Shown: positions 1-11,217, counted from the first letter of the stretch. The stretch is DNA of 64,000 nt from an uncultured Pseudobdellovibrionaceae bacterium (GCA_963803705.1 CAWDNU010000001.1:64001-128000); one strand, 5' to 3'. The notes: a model not told the origin generated them from the letters alone. Program-made: numbers and translations.

Positions 1-2
1 CT

Positions 3-473
3 GTTTTATTTATATTCAAGCCCCAAGCTCAACAACATCCTAAACTGATCAAGTGGAGCAAAAGTCCAAGTATTCAAAAAATCCTATCTAACACTGCCCG
101 CAGGATGTATCCGATCTTAGCTGAAAGTAGAGAGCTTGTGATAGTAGCCCCTATGGGCGACAGTGTTGAAAGCTACCAAGTCCAACAAGAATTTCAGAAA
201 ACTACAAATATACCCATATCTATTGATGAATCGGACAAAAACCGTCTTATTTTGTTTTCAGAAAAAGAGCAAATCATAATTCTAAATCTAAAATTTCATG
301 AGATGAGTCCAAAGCAAGAGGTGCCAACCTCTTTCTTTGATTATAGCAATTTAATAAAAATTGTTAAAGAACTTGATTCGCCTATTCTGAAAGATACCTA
401 CATCTTTGCTTTATATCAAACTGGAGAAAAAACCTATAACCTTGATATTTTGAATTTTGTTAAATCAAGCTAG
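3..473 (+). CDS. Hypothetical protein, 3' part (frame open from the window edge)
   Basis: The frame of ORF 105..473 has no stop back to position 3. No recognisable motif. Confidence 0.55.
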   Translation, partial: VLFIFKPQAQQHPKLIKWSKSPSIQKILSNTARRMYPILAESRELVIVAPMGDSVESYQVQQEFQKTTNIPISIDESDKNRLILFSEKEQIIILNLKFHEMSPKQEVPTSFFDYSNLIKIVKELDSPILKDTYIFALYQTGEKTYNLDILNFVKSS

Positions 474-526
474 TTAGTTTGATAATACTGCTGGTGATTT
501 TACAGCAGCAATACTAAACACTATTT

Positions 527-1927
527 TTAGTCATCCACCTCAATGGTTTCAATAATGTCGTGGGGAAGCTGGCGCCTTACTGACCTTAGGTAAGTTCTAG
601 GACTCTGTACCATAAGATCTTTCAGATCTGTCATATAAATGTCTGCAAAGCGTTCGACTTGGTTAGCAAATTGACTCTCTTCAATTCCAACTCGCATGAT
701 CTCGCCCCAATAGGGATTGTGAAGATTTCTTTGCTCGTTAAGCAGCGGCAGAATCTGCTTGTCAATGAGTTCGATTTTGGATTTGAACCCTCTCTTCTTT
801 TCTTCATCTATAGCATTGTTTTTCTCTATTGCTTCTGCGATAAATAAATTAAGCTCCTCTTCAATTTGAATTTTCTCTTTCATCAACGCTTGAATTTTTT
901 TCGATACATTTAGGCCTAATTTGTTTTGCTCAACTTCATATTCAAGCTCTTCAACAATAAGTGCAGTCCGCCACTCGCAATCTTTTTTAAGTCTTAAAAT
1001 ATCTCCGTATATATGATCACCAACATATAGAATTTGATCTCCTGTCACATTCCAGTGGTTGGATAGATGGGTAGAGGATCCTCCTTGATAGATCCCTGGT
1101 TTAAGCTCTCCCGTATGATTTTTCATCATCCCGGTTTTCGAATTGACTTCCAGAATAGGAAGCTGGTCGTAGAAAAATCTAGGCTTATTAGAAAGTGTAA
1201 TAACCCACTTAAAAATGTCGTTCCACCTTTGACCATCGGGCAAGTATTCATCGATTGCATAACTTAAAAGAGTATTCGTGTATTCAAAATCAGAATTCGT
1301 TACTAAAAAAAATTCTTTTCCATGTTTTATGTATTTCAAAATATGTCGCATAAGCTCTTCTCTTTTGAAAACATACTTATCTAGATTGTCCTTTACGATA
1401 GTTTTTATACTACCGTCTCTGTGTGATAGATCTAAGACATCTTGAAGGTGAGACGCTATTTGAGAAAACTCTGGTATCTCTTCTTTAAATTGAGTCTCTT
1501 TCAGTTCAACCAGCTGCGAAAATAAACAGGCATGAGAGATTGAAAACGTAGTATCTATAGTATCAAAATCTGAATTATTTAAATCTATGAACAACGTACC
1601 GAACTGAGTTTTCATTTTTTTGTAGTCTATTTTTTGAAGACCGTGGTAGCCCTCACGAACAGCACCGTACCTTGAAACTTTCAGTAAATTTCCTCTGTTT
1701 TTATCTATAACTAATCCGCGAATAGCTCTTTTATATTCAAATTTTAGTTTCAGAACTTCTTCAGGATAGTGGTACTTTTGAACCAACTTTTTCTTCATCT
1801 GTTCGTAGGCTAGCTCTTCAAATTTTTCAGAATCATACTTTATCAATGTGTGATCCATATCTAAACCGATATACTTTATTTTTTTTAGGTTCAGAGTTCT
1901 ATTTACGTACAATTTCATCTTGTTCAC
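527..1927 (-). CDS. HAD-superfamily IG 5'-nucleotidase (cN-II-like)
   Basis: Motif I GLDMDHTL, FLVTNS (motif II), KPRFF (motif III) and YVGDHIYGDI (motif IV). Confidence 0.9.
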   Translation of the reverse strand: MNKMKLYVNRTLNLKKIKYIGLDMDHTLIKYDSEKFEELAYEQMKKKLVQKYHYPEEVLKLKFEYKRAIRGLVIDKNRGNLLKVSRYGAVREGYHGLQKIDYKKMKTQFGTLFIDLNNSDFDTIDTTFSISHACLFSQLVELKETQFKEEIPEFSQIASHLQDVLDLSHRDGSIKTIVKDNLDKYVFKREELMRHILKYIKHGKEFFLVTNSDFEYTNTLLSYAIDEYLPDGQRWNDIFKWVITLSNKPRFFYDQLPILEVNSKTGMMKNHTGELKPGIYQGGSSTHLSNHWNVTGDQILYVGDHIYGDILRLKKDCEWRTALIVEELEYEVEQNKLGLNVSKKIQALMKEKIQIEEELNLFIAEAIEKNNAIDEEKKRGFKSKIELIDKQILPLLNEQRNLHNPYWGEIMRVGIEESQFANQVERFADIYMTDLKDLMVQSPRTYLRSVRRQLPHDIIETIEVDD

Positions 1928-2022
1928 CTATAATAAAGTAGTAGTCGATCGTTTTACAATGATACATATTAAGCGACATTGTTAAAAAAATTAAATTTAG
2001 CATAGCACAATCAATTTTATAG

Positions 2023-2050
2023 TAAATGTCTGGGCCTCACCAGTCGATAA
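2023..2050 (+). promoter_or_regulatory. Putative sigma28 (FliA) promoter upstream of the PilZ gene
   Basis: TAAA-N16-GTCGATAA, compared with consensus TAAA-N15-GCCGATAA. Confidence 0.45.
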
Positions 2051-2086
2051 GCTTCCTGTTGCAATTAAATTCTTAGGGGGAATATT

Positions 2087-2464
2087 TTGAACAATAAAAG
2101 AATATCACAACGAAAAATTGTCGAAGACGTGTATTTCAGCGAATTGAGCGACTTAGATTCTAGTCTTGTAATAGCTAGAAACGGACATATCGTCGATGCT
2201 TCTTCCTCGGGATTTTTAGCTATCTTTCACAGAGACGATGCTGACCAAAGCTTAAAAAGCACTTTAACCATCGAGCATTTAATAGGAACCAAAATTGCGC
2301 TATTTTTGCCTCAGATGGAAATAGACTTGGACGGTAAAATATCTAGAACTAAACATATTGGTAAGGGCTATTTTGAAATTGGTGTTACCTTTTCAGATGA
2401 TATACCAGAGTATTGGCGAGATTGTCTAAAGGACCTGTTACCTCAGCCTGGAGAGATGGACTAA
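2087..2464 (+). CDS. PilZ-domain protein
   Basis: RISQR (RxxxR), DASSSG (DxSxxG) and the C-terminal GVTF strand. Confidence 0.75.
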   Translation: MNNKRISQRKIVEDVYFSELSDLDSSLVIARNGHIVDASSSGFLAIFHRDDADQSLKSTLTIEHLIGTKIALFLPQMEIDLDGKISRTKHIGKGYFEIGVTFSDDIPEYWRDCLKDLLPQPGEMD

Positions 2465-2467
2465 ATA

Positions 2468-3095
2468 TCAAATAAGCTTCTGAAGCTTAGCTTCATACAC
2501 TAAAACCACTGGCAAATGATTGGGTAAAAACCAACCGATCCCTTTTGCTATGCCCTCGTGCTCTGACTTGGGGGGACTGCCTAGCGACTCTATACTTAAA
2601 GCAAAATCATAATTTATTTTATCACGGCTTATTAGGCCGCCTCTAGGCTTTTCAATACCGGCTGATTCGATATAGTCCTTTATAAATTTCATAGCGTGGC
2701 TAGGTATGATGTCCTCAGAAACTTCAGCCACATAAATCGGAGCGTTCGGCGGAGTTTCTGTATAAACGTCATTGATGAAATACTTATTGTGTACAAAGTT
2801 CCAAATCATTCCGTAGTGAAAAATGTAATCCGGTTGCTCTTTTGTGGCATTCAACGCCAGACCCACCCCGCTATCGTAAGCCCACTGGATAACGTTGAGC
2901 GACTTATCTTCAGCGTCTTCAGGGCCACTTTTGACATCTACTAAGTATAGGTAAGGCCACCCATCCGGGCCAATTTGGATATTATTGTCAGGTATAAAAA
3001 CGCTAGAGTTCGCAAAGGACCTTAAAAAATCGCTTTCCCAAGTTCTGGTCTCTTAAACCTGAATTGATGTCTAAAAAGCTGCTTAAAGTTTTCAT
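2468..3095 (-). CDS. Conserved hypothetical protein, one frameshift near 3040
   Basis: The frame of ORF 2468..2866 stays open upstream (DFLRSFANSSVF...GPDGWPYL). It joins the ATG at 3095 (MKTLSSFLDINSGLRDQN-W) if one extra T is removed. Confidence 0.6.
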
Positions 3096-3135
3096 CAGAG
3101 ACCCTGAGTGTCCAGTCTTAAATTCCAATCACAAC

Positions 3136-3211
3136 TGGTAGGGAGTACAGGATTCGAACCTGCGACATCCACCTTGTAAGGGTGGCGCTCTACCAACTGA
3201 GCTAACTCCCT
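3136..3211 (-). tRNA. tRNA-Val (anticodon TAC)
   Basis: AGGGAGT acceptor stem, AGCTCAGTTGGTAGAGC D-arm, CCACC-CTTACAA-GGTGG anticodon arm, GGTTCGAATCC T-arm and encoded CCA; 76 nt. Confidence 0.96.
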
Positions 3212-3268
3212 GTAGAAGACCTTTTTGTATTCGAACACAAAGCTTTTGTCGAGCTTTTTTTGAAAGGC

Positions 3269-3896
3269 CTATTCCTCCGAACCATAGATTGGATCCTCGG
3301 TTAGACCATACAAAGTCTTAATCTTGATACCATCCGGTGTATGGGTCTCAACCTTCAAAACCAGCCCAACTATTTGATCTGTGCGCTGCTTAAAAGCACC
3401 ACATACTGCGCTTGGATCAATTTAAAATCAGAATCCTGCGTTTCAATCATGTTCTGGCTTTCCTCTACTGTCATTAAATCAGCAGGCGATTTCCAATAAC
3501 CAATGCTCACATAATATTTTTGCTGAATATTAGGAGTTACAGTTTTGTCCATTTTCCATATTAAAAATCAGCTGATCAGATGGGTCTGTGTTTCTACCAA
3601 TTCTTGCGTACACTGGTTCGAACCTGCTCTTCATTTGTCAGACTTTGCTCAATCATAGTGTACCGGTCATTGCCCCATGGCAGATAAGTCTCTGATAAAG
3701 TTAAAGAAACTTCGCTTTGCTCAATGCCGTTCTCATCCATAATCTTCCAATTTTGGCCAACAACCTGAGAATAAAACTGGGCGGACCAAGGCCATGGAAC
3801 AAAGTCTCCATTCAGCGCGCATAAATCCATGGCGCTTGCGCTGCTTATAAATAAAGAACATAGAAGGACAAAAACAGAATTTCTAAAGGTAAACAT
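3269..3896 (-). CDS. Secreted hypothetical protein (signal peptide, PWPW motif), split by two apparent frameshifts
   Basis: ORFs 3594..3896 and 3370..3552, plus a third open frame (AVCGAFKQRTDQIVGLVLKV...YGSEE*) ending at 3269, are contiguous. N-terminal signal ends SASA. Confidence 0.55.
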
Positions 3897-3908
3897 AGTA
3901 CTCCTTAC

Positions 3909-5024
3909 TTACAGCACACAAACTTTAGCAGTCTTGTCCAGGTAATACCCGTTTCGACTTCTAAAAATATATTTAGGATGTTCAATTTGAGGTTCGATCA
4001 ATTGTCGCAATCTTTTTATAGTAACATAAATTTTATTATCGTGGACGCTTGGATCATACTCTTGATCCCAGATCAGTTTAGCCAAATTTTCTTTGGAAAA
4101 AGTTTGTCCTTGGTTAGTCAGAAACAAATTTAGCATCTCTAAAAGTATAAACTGGTTCTTGACCGCAATTTCGCCCAACTGCTTTTCTTGCACAGTTGCC
4201 TGGTCCCTGTGTAAAACTAAATCATATTCTGGCTCGTCACCACCTACAATACTTTCAGCCCGCTGAAGCATTCGCAAACTATTAATGTGCTCGTCTTGTT
4301 TTATGGCTTGCCGAGCTAGCTTTAAGTGATGCTTCGATAGATCTAAATTACCTAAATGAAAATAACAAATAGAGAAATTCACATACAGATAGGATCTAAA
4401 AAATGGGTTTGGATTACTTTTTAATATATCATGGCATTTCCAAATTAAATCTAAAGCGTTCGTGTACTGACTTTGTTTCATCTGTATTTCTGTCATCAAA
4501 AAGTGGGTAGCTACTTTTATGTCTGGCAACTTAATGACATCGAAAAAGATTTCTAGGTTTTTAATTTTCTTCTCAGCTTGCTCTTGTTTTCCTTGCACAA
4601 AATAAAGGCGCGCTTGACCAAATAAAGCATTACAAATGTCTTCTTTGTTATCTTCTTGGAGTGAAAGCTTTAAGGATTCATCTAAACTTTTTTCACAAGT
4701 TTCATAATTTTTTCCGTAAAAATGAAACAAAGCTTGAGTGTAAAGTAGGGCCGCAGAGACCTGGATGTCATTTTGCTCTATCTGATATTTGAGTTGCGAA
4801 TTTAAAACTTCGATTTCCTGAGTTCTACCCATCTCAACTAGGACACGGAATAGCTTATTCTGGCACTGCAAATACTCTTTGAATGCATTCAACTGTATAA
4901 AGACGTCAGCTGCTTGCCTTAATCTGGGCTCTGCCTTTTTTAGCTCGCCCTTATCTGAATACAGGGTGCCTAGTTCATAAAATGTTTGAGCAATTTCAAA
5001 TTGGCTAAGCATGACCCCCCTCAA
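3909..5024 (-). CDS. TPR-repeat protein with C-terminal OmpR/PhoB-type winged-helix DNA-binding domain
   Basis: Helical TPR-like N-terminal region. The C-terminal SKENLAKLIW...IYVTIKRLRQLIE...YIFRSRNGYYL is a trans_reg_C pattern. Confidence 0.85.
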   Translation of the reverse strand: MRGVMLSQFEIAQTFYELGTLYSDKGELKKAEPRLRQAADVFIQLNAFKEYLQCQNKLFRVLVEMGRTQEIEVLNSQLKYQIEQNDIQVSAALLYTQALFHFYGKNYETCEKSLDESLKLSLQEDNKEDICNALFGQARLYFVQGKQEQAEKKIKNLEIFFDVIKLPDIKVATHFLMTEIQMKQSQYTNALDLIWKCHDILKSNPNPFFRSYLYVNFSICYFHLGNLDLSKHHLKLARQAIKQDEHINSLRMLQRAESIVGGDEPEYDLVLHRDQATVQEKQLGEIAVKNQFILLEMLNLFLTNQGQTFSKENLAKLIWDQEYDPSVHDNKIYVTIKRLRQLIEPQIEHPKYIFRSRNGYYLDKTAKVCVL

Positions 5025-5137
5025 AGCACTACAATTTAAGGTTTATCTTAAATTCTCTGAAATTGGTCGAGAAGATAGGTGTTTTGGCACCCATAAGTCA
5101 TTTTTATAGATCAATTTGATAGATGATTTTTAAAGAA

Positions 5138-5956
5138 TTAATTGTTAAGCATAATCTTCATCTTTTTCTCTAAGTCCGCTAAGCGCCTTTCTAAACTTTC
5201 ATTCTGCTGGGACAGCTCCTGAACCGCTCTTAACTGTGCCATATAGATAGGGTGATAATCTAACATTAAGTACTGGCCGGAGTACAATACCGACTCAGGA
5301 AAGATCTCTGCAACTTCCTGTGCGATCAAACCACTGTCATGACGTTCAAGTAGTCCTAACTGTTTGTTATTCTTATACTCAAACTCTTTTAACTTTAACC
5401 TATTTATGTGGCTGAGGCCCTTACCAATAGCTCTAATGTTCTTTTTAAGGCGCCTATCAGATACAGTTACCCAAGCTGTACCGCCAACTGTTTTAAAGGC
5501 ATTGCCTTCAACATGTAGCTCATGAGTTGGATTGGTTGTGCCAATGCCTACGCTGCCTAATGAATCCACGAAAATTCCCTCGTTATCGGTATCTCCTGAT
5601 AAGAAGTTTCCGTTCAAGTTAATATTTCCAGTCATATCTCCACCTGAAATAGGCAAAGCAGCTGCACTATCGACTGTCGATGTAATCCACTGAGGTTCTA
5701 ATGTACTATTTAAAACTAAAATCTGACCTGCAGAGCCGGTCGATGAAACCTTTAACCCCTCTAGGCTATCAAAGAAAACACCGCCTAAGACTGGCGCATT
5801 GCCCCCAGCTGATCCAGAATTTGGAGCAATGGTTGAACTTATATCGCCCTGACGAATTTCGCCTTCAACATCACAAGAAGAAACTAGAACTGCCACGGCT
5901 AAGAAAAATAGAGCTTTCATCATTTTTAGAATATTGAGGATAAGCGGTTTACTCAA
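5138..5956 (-). CDS. Short tail-fibre-like trimeric adhesin with peptidase S74 intramolecular chaperone; predicted lipoprotein
   Basis: Lipobox LVSSC (true start probably Met at 5923/5920), LPISGGDMTG, VGIGTTNP, the SDRRLKKNI S74 autocleavage motif, GLIAQEV and a C-terminal coiled coil. Confidence 0.85.
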   Translation of the reverse strand: MSKPLILNILKMMKALFFLAVAVLVSSCDVEGEIRQGDISSTIAPNSGSAGGNAPVLGGVFFDSLEGLKVSSTGSAGQILVLNSTLEPQWITSTVDSAAALPISGGDMTGNINLNGNFLSGDTDNEGIFVDSLGSVGIGTTNPTHELHVEGNAFKTVGGTAWVTVSDRRLKKNIRAIGKGLSHINRLKLKEFEYKNNKQLGLLERHDSGLIAQEVAEIFPESVLYSGQYLMLDYHPIYMAQLRAVQELSQQNESLERRLADLEKKMKIMLNN

Positions 5957-6005
5957 CAGCTATTGGTCTAGATTGCTCTTAATAAAACCATATAGATTTT
6001 AAGAA

Positions 6006-6566
6006 CTACCCAACTAAATCTAAAGCCGCCCTTTTCCTCTTCTCAAAGTCCGGGATAGTATAATTGCTAAATTTCTGATTGAAAATTTGATCCAAAACTT
6101 GTTTGAGTTTTAGTTTTTCTACTCCACTGTCTAAAATAGCTTCAATACAGAACTTATCGGCTTCAATTTCATCATTGATTTTATAATTTACAACTTTACC
6201 CTAATCATTTTTTATCTCCTCGGTAGAGTGATTATTAAAAATATGACCTAACTCATGTAGAAAGCAAAAATCAAACAATAGTTCGTTTTCACAATTTATC
6301 TCGGCTATCCAAATGTTCCATGAATCATTAGAATCTTGATTTCCTCTGTTAGTTAAAGCTGAACCACGCTCATTAGTAACGGGCGAATTTCCCTCTTCGT
6401 ATTCGTCTGGGCTAATGATAAAAGCAGAGATATACTTTCGCGATTTAAACGGCATAATCCGTCTTTCAATATAACCTGAATACGCCTTGTATCTAGTAAC
6501 AATAAAAGGAAATTTTTCTATTGTCCCGCTCAACCATAAATTGAACTCTTCAAAATACTCATACAT
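6006..6566 (-). pseudogene. HExxH metallopeptidase (ImmA/IrrE or M48-like) interrupted by an in-frame TAG at 6201-6203
   Basis: FLHELGH precedes the stop. The same frame continues GKVVNYKINDEIEADKFC...LDLVG* to 6006. Confidence 0.65.
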
Positions 6567-6657
6567 ATTCTTCTCCTTTTAGTTTTAAAAAACTTAAGAA
6601 CAAACGTACAGAAAATGGTTTTTGGTTATTATTTTATTTGAAGTGAAACAGTCACAA

Positions 6658-6782
6658 TTAAAAGTTCAAGAGTGGCTTAGCTTCTAGGAAGCAAAGATTG
6701 AAATGCGGAGGCGTACTAAAAGTACGCCGCACAAATTGAAATCAAAGCTGACAACGAAGATAAGTCGCTATCGAACTTTTAA
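6658..6782. repeat. 125-bp imperfect palindromic ERIC/MITE-like element overlapping the lon stop codon
   Basis: TTAAAAGTTC...GAACTTTTAA ends. The 25-bp arms match 20/25, and there is a central GGCGTACT-AAA-AGTACGCC hairpin. Confidence 0.7.
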
Positions 6783-9236
6783 TGGGTTTGAAGTTGGTGA
6801 CCGGTGTATTGTGCCTTAATCCCCGAACCGCGTTCACTACGATTTTTAAAGATCTCTTTAGCGCCCTTGACGTCTAATGCATTAACTAAAACTTGGTCAA
6901 CGTGGTCCACTAAAATCACCTGAAGATCTTTTAAAACTTCTTCAGGAATATCTTTAACATCTTTTTCATTTTCCTTAGGAATAATTAATATCTTTATGCC
7001 ACCACGATGTGCAGCAATAACCTTTTCCTTAAGCCCACCAATACCTAATACGCGCCCTCTTAAAGTCACCTCTCCTGTCATAGCAGCAGTTCTTTTAACT
7101 GGAATCTTTAACATAGCAGAAACTATACTTGTAGTGATCGCGATACCAGCAGATGGACCGTCCTTAGGGATTGCCCCTTCTGGCACATGAATATGAACGT
7201 CATTGTTGAAGTAATAATCTTTATCTAAGCCAAACAATGGTCCTCTAGATCTGACATAACTTAAGGCAGCTGTGCAAGACTCTTTCATAACGTCGCCCAA
7301 TTGACCGGTGATCGTAAACTTTCCACGACCAGGAACAATTGAAACTTCAACTACTAGAAGATCTCCACCAACTTCGGTCCAAGCAAGTCCATTAGTTAAT
7401 CCAATTTCATTGGCAGACTCAATTTTACCGTGTTTAAACCTCTGAGCACCCAGTAATTCTTGAACTTTTTTAGCATTAATTTTTCTAGCCTTTTTCTTGC
7501 TGGCTGATTTCTTAGTAGAAACTTTTTTGGATCTTGTTTCTTTAAGCTCTTCATCCACAATCTCTTTGGCCACTTTACGACACAAAGTCGCCACTTGTCT
7601 TTCTAGGTTTCTAACGCCCGACTCTCTGGTGAAGTGACGAATTAAATGAGATATAGCAGTTTCTTGAATATCGACATTGTAATCAGACAAGCCATGTTTT
7701 TTTATTTGTTTCGGAACTAGATATCTTTTGGCTATTTGAAGTTTTTCCCGTTCAATGTAGCTTTCAAGCTGAATAATTTCCATACGATCAAGCAGCGGTC
7801 TTGGAATGGTGTGTAAAGAGTTCGCAGTTGTTACAAACATTACTTTTGATAGATCGTAATCAAGTTCTAGATAGTGATCTTGAAAGGTTGAGTTTTGCTC
7901 TGGATCTAAAACCTCAAGTAGTGCCGCCGACGGATCACCCCTAAAATCCATACTCATTTTATCTATTTCATCTAACAAAATTAGTGGATTGCCAGTTGAA
8001 CACTTTTTCAAAGACTGAACTATCTTGCCCGGCATCGCACCGACATATGTTCTTCTATGCCCTCTTATTTCAGCTTCATCTCTAACGCCACCTAATGAAA
8101 TTCTTGCAAACTCGCGATTCAACGCTTCCGAAATACTTCGACCTAACGATGTTTTACCAACACCAGGAGGTCCCACCAAACATAAGATCGGACCTGCAAG
8201 TTCATTGGATAAAGTTTGGACTGCCAAATATTCTAAGAATTCTTTCTTTAACTTTCTGTAAGCCCCAGTGGTCTCGATCTAAAATTTCTTTAGCTTTTGA
8301 TAACGTCTAAAGTTTCAACGGAATAATCATACCATGGAAGAGTTAAAACCCAATCAATGTAGTTTCTAATCACAGCAGCTTCAGCACTCATCGGCGACAT
8401 CATCTTTAATTTTTTTATTTCTTTTTCAATTTTATCACGTGCTTCTTGACTCATTTTTTTTGTTTTAGATTTTTCATAGAGCTCATCAATTTCAGCCTGG
8501 AAAGTCATCTTTATCGCCAAGTTCCTTTTGGATAGCCTGCATCTGTTCGTTTAAATAGTATTCTTTTTGAGACTTCTCCATTTGTTGTTTTACGCGATTT
8601 CTAATTCTTTTCTCAACTTCAAGAATTTCAATTTCCCCAGACATCATATTCAAGAGTTCTTCTAAACGCTTAGTCGGATCATCCATTTCTAATAATTTTT
8701 GCTTATCTTCAATCTTAAGATTAAGCTGAGCTACGATAATATCTGCTAATTCACTAGCACTTTCAATAGATGAAACTCTCATTAGTATTTCTGGAGGAAT
8801 ACGCTTATTTAATTTTACGTAGTTTTCAAATGCAGTTTTCACTGAACGAATTAGAGCCGTGGCTTCAACTTCATTTTTAACTTTTTCCTCTAGAATTGTA
8901 GTTTCAACTCGGAAGCATTTCTCATCTTCAATAAAATTAGAAATTTTTGCTCTTTTTTTACCTTCAACCAAAACTTTGACTGTTCCATCAGGTAGTCTAA
9001 GCAACTGAATAATAGTGCATACAGTACCGATATCAAATATATCATCTGGTCCCGGATTGTTTGTTTTTGCATCTCGCTGTGCAGACAATACGATATCTGT
9101 TTGATTGGACATCGCTTCTTCTAAAGCATTAATACTTTTTTCTCGTCCCACAAATAAGAGGCATCATCATATGAGGGAAAACTATTAAATCACGCAGTGG
9201 TAATAGTGGTAATATTTGGCTTTTGTTTTGGCTCAT
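6779..9236 (-). CDS. lon: Lon protease (three apparent frameshifts, probably assembly errors)
   Basis: [14 protein letters not shown]-terminus from the ATG at 9236, Walker [10 protein letters not shown], and catalytic KDGPSAG and IGGLKEK. Fragments are 8492..9151, 8290..8520 and 6779..8227. Confidence 0.95.
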
Positions 9237-9278
9237 TGTTTTCCCCCTTTAAAGAGTTGAAAGAGGAAAAATTCGGAT

Positions 9279-10603
9279 TTACGCGCTTTCTGCTGAAGAA
9301 TCTGAACTTCCGTCCCCTTTATTTTTTTTGGACTTATCACTTTTTTCTAAGCTATTTGAATTAGTTTTATAAACTAATTCTGGAGCTTTATCTTCAGCTG
9401 ATAACTCCTTCATCTATTATAACAGTTTTTATGTTCGACTTGGAAGGAATTTCAAACATTATATCTAACATTGACTCTTCCAGGACCCCACGAAGGCCAC
9501 GCGCCCCTGTCTTGCGTTTGATAGCTTTTTGGGCCACAGCCTTTAGTGCAGTTTGTGTAAATCTAATTCTACGCCTTCGTAATCAAACAATTTCTTATAC
9601 TGCTTAGTAAGTGCATTTTTAGGTTCAGTTAAAATACTAATTAAAGCTGTCTTCATCTAAGAGTTCCTAAAGTGGCGATTGCTGGTAGATCGTACCAATA
9701 AATTCTGGAATCAACCCATAACGAGACAAATCTTCAGGTTCAATCTTAGAAAAAATTGTGTCTGCCTGTTTGCTCTTTTCATCAGCAGTCATAATGTTAG
9801 CCGCTATTCCTAATGCCTTACTTGATAGATCGATTTTCAATAAGCTTATCAAGACCTACAAAAGCGCCACCGCATATAAACAAAATATTAGTAGTGTCTA
9901 CCTGAATAAATTCCTGCTGTGGATGTTTACGACCACCTTTTGGAGGTAAATTAGCCACTGTCCCCTCTAAAATTTTAAGCAACGCTTGCTGTACACCTTC
10001 ACCACTCACGTCTCTTGTGATGGATGGATTTTCGGACTTTCGTGTTATCTTGTCAATTTCATCGATATAAATCACACCCCGTTGGGCGCGTTCAACATCG
10101 TAGTCCGCTGATTGAAGCAAATTTAAAATCACGTTTTCAACGTCTTCGCCGACGTAACCGGCTTCAGTCAAAGACGTGGCATCTGCCATAGCAAATGGAA
10201 CGTTTAAGATTTTAGCAATTGTTTGCGCCAGTAAAGTTTTACCTGAACCAGTTGGACCAATTAACAAAACATTGCTTTTTGAAATTTCAACGTCATCTTT
10301 TTTACCAGACATTAAAGCATTCACGCGTTTGTAATGATTATGGACAGCAACAGACAATGTCTTCTTGGCCTTATCCTGACCTATAACGTAATTGCTTAAT
10401 TCTTGAAAAATCTCGCTTGGCTTAGGTACGTTGAGTGACGATGAACTTGGAGCTTCTTTTTCTTGCTCTTCTTCAATAATGTCATTGCACAGATCAATGC
10501 ACTCGTCGCATATATAAACGCCTGGACCAGCAATAAGCTTTTTGACTTCTTTTTGGCCTTTCCCACAAAAACTACAACTTAGGTCATTCTTATTTTCGCT
10601 CAT
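9279..10603 (-). CDS. clpX: ClpX ATPase (3' third frameshifted)
   Basis: CSFCGK...CDEC zinc-binding domain, GPTGSGKT and [23 protein letters not shown] and TGARGLRG occur in shifted frames. Confidence 0.95.
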
Positions 10604-11217
10604 TATTTCTGCGCCTTTTTAATTTTTTTTCGAAATTCAACGATCTCGTCAACGATACCGTACTCTTTAGCATCTTGTGGGCTAAGAAACTTGTCTCGTT
10701 CCATGGTATCTTTTAGTTTGTCATAATCCTGACCAGTATGGTCGACGTAAATATTCGTAAGTTTTTCTTTCAAGTAAAGCATTTCTTTGGCGTGAATTTC
10801 GATATCTGTAACCTGTCCCGAAAGACCGCCACCACCAATTAAAGGCTGGTGAATCATAACTCTAGAATTCGGAAGAATATATCTTTTCCCAGCAGTGCCT
10901 GCGGCCAACAATAAAGACCCCATGCTTGCCGCTTGGCCCAAACAATAAGTCCTTACGTCACATTTCACAAACTGCATGATATCGTAAATGGCTAATCCAG
11001 CGGTAACACTGCCACCAGGTGAGTTGATGTAAAGATGTATATCTTGATCTGGATTTTCCATTTCAAGAAAAAACAACTGAGAAATAATGCTTGAAGCCAC
11101 ATCATCAGTCACCTGAGTTTGTAGCATTACTATGCGATCTTTCAATAGCCTAGAATAAATATCGTAGCTTCTTTCGCCCCTAGGGGTCTGCTCAATAACC
11201 ATTGGAATCAGCGCCAT
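10603..11217 (-). CDS. clpP: ClpP protease subunit
   Basis: [24 protein letters not shown] and MIHQP. Confidence 0.97.
   Translation of the reverse strand: MALIPMVIEQTPRGERSYDIYSRLLKDRIVMLQTQVTDDVASSIISQLFFLEMENPDQDIHLYINSPGGSVTAGLAIYDIMQFVKCDVRTYCLGQAASMGSLLLAAGTAGKRYILPNSRVMIHQPLIGGGGLSGQVTDIEIHAKEMLYLKEKLTNIYVDHTGQDYDKLKDTMERDKFLSPQDAKEYGIVDEIVEFRKKIKKAQK

Noticed and set aside
3136..6566. Prophage at tRNA-Val (tail fibre and ImmA-like gene nearby)
   Set aside because: No integrase, capsid, terminase or duplicated tRNA 3' end was seen.
6779..10603. Programmed frameshifting or true pseudogenisation of lon and clpX
   Set aside because: Multiple scattered indels with no consistent slippery motif, matching the error pattern elsewhere in the window.
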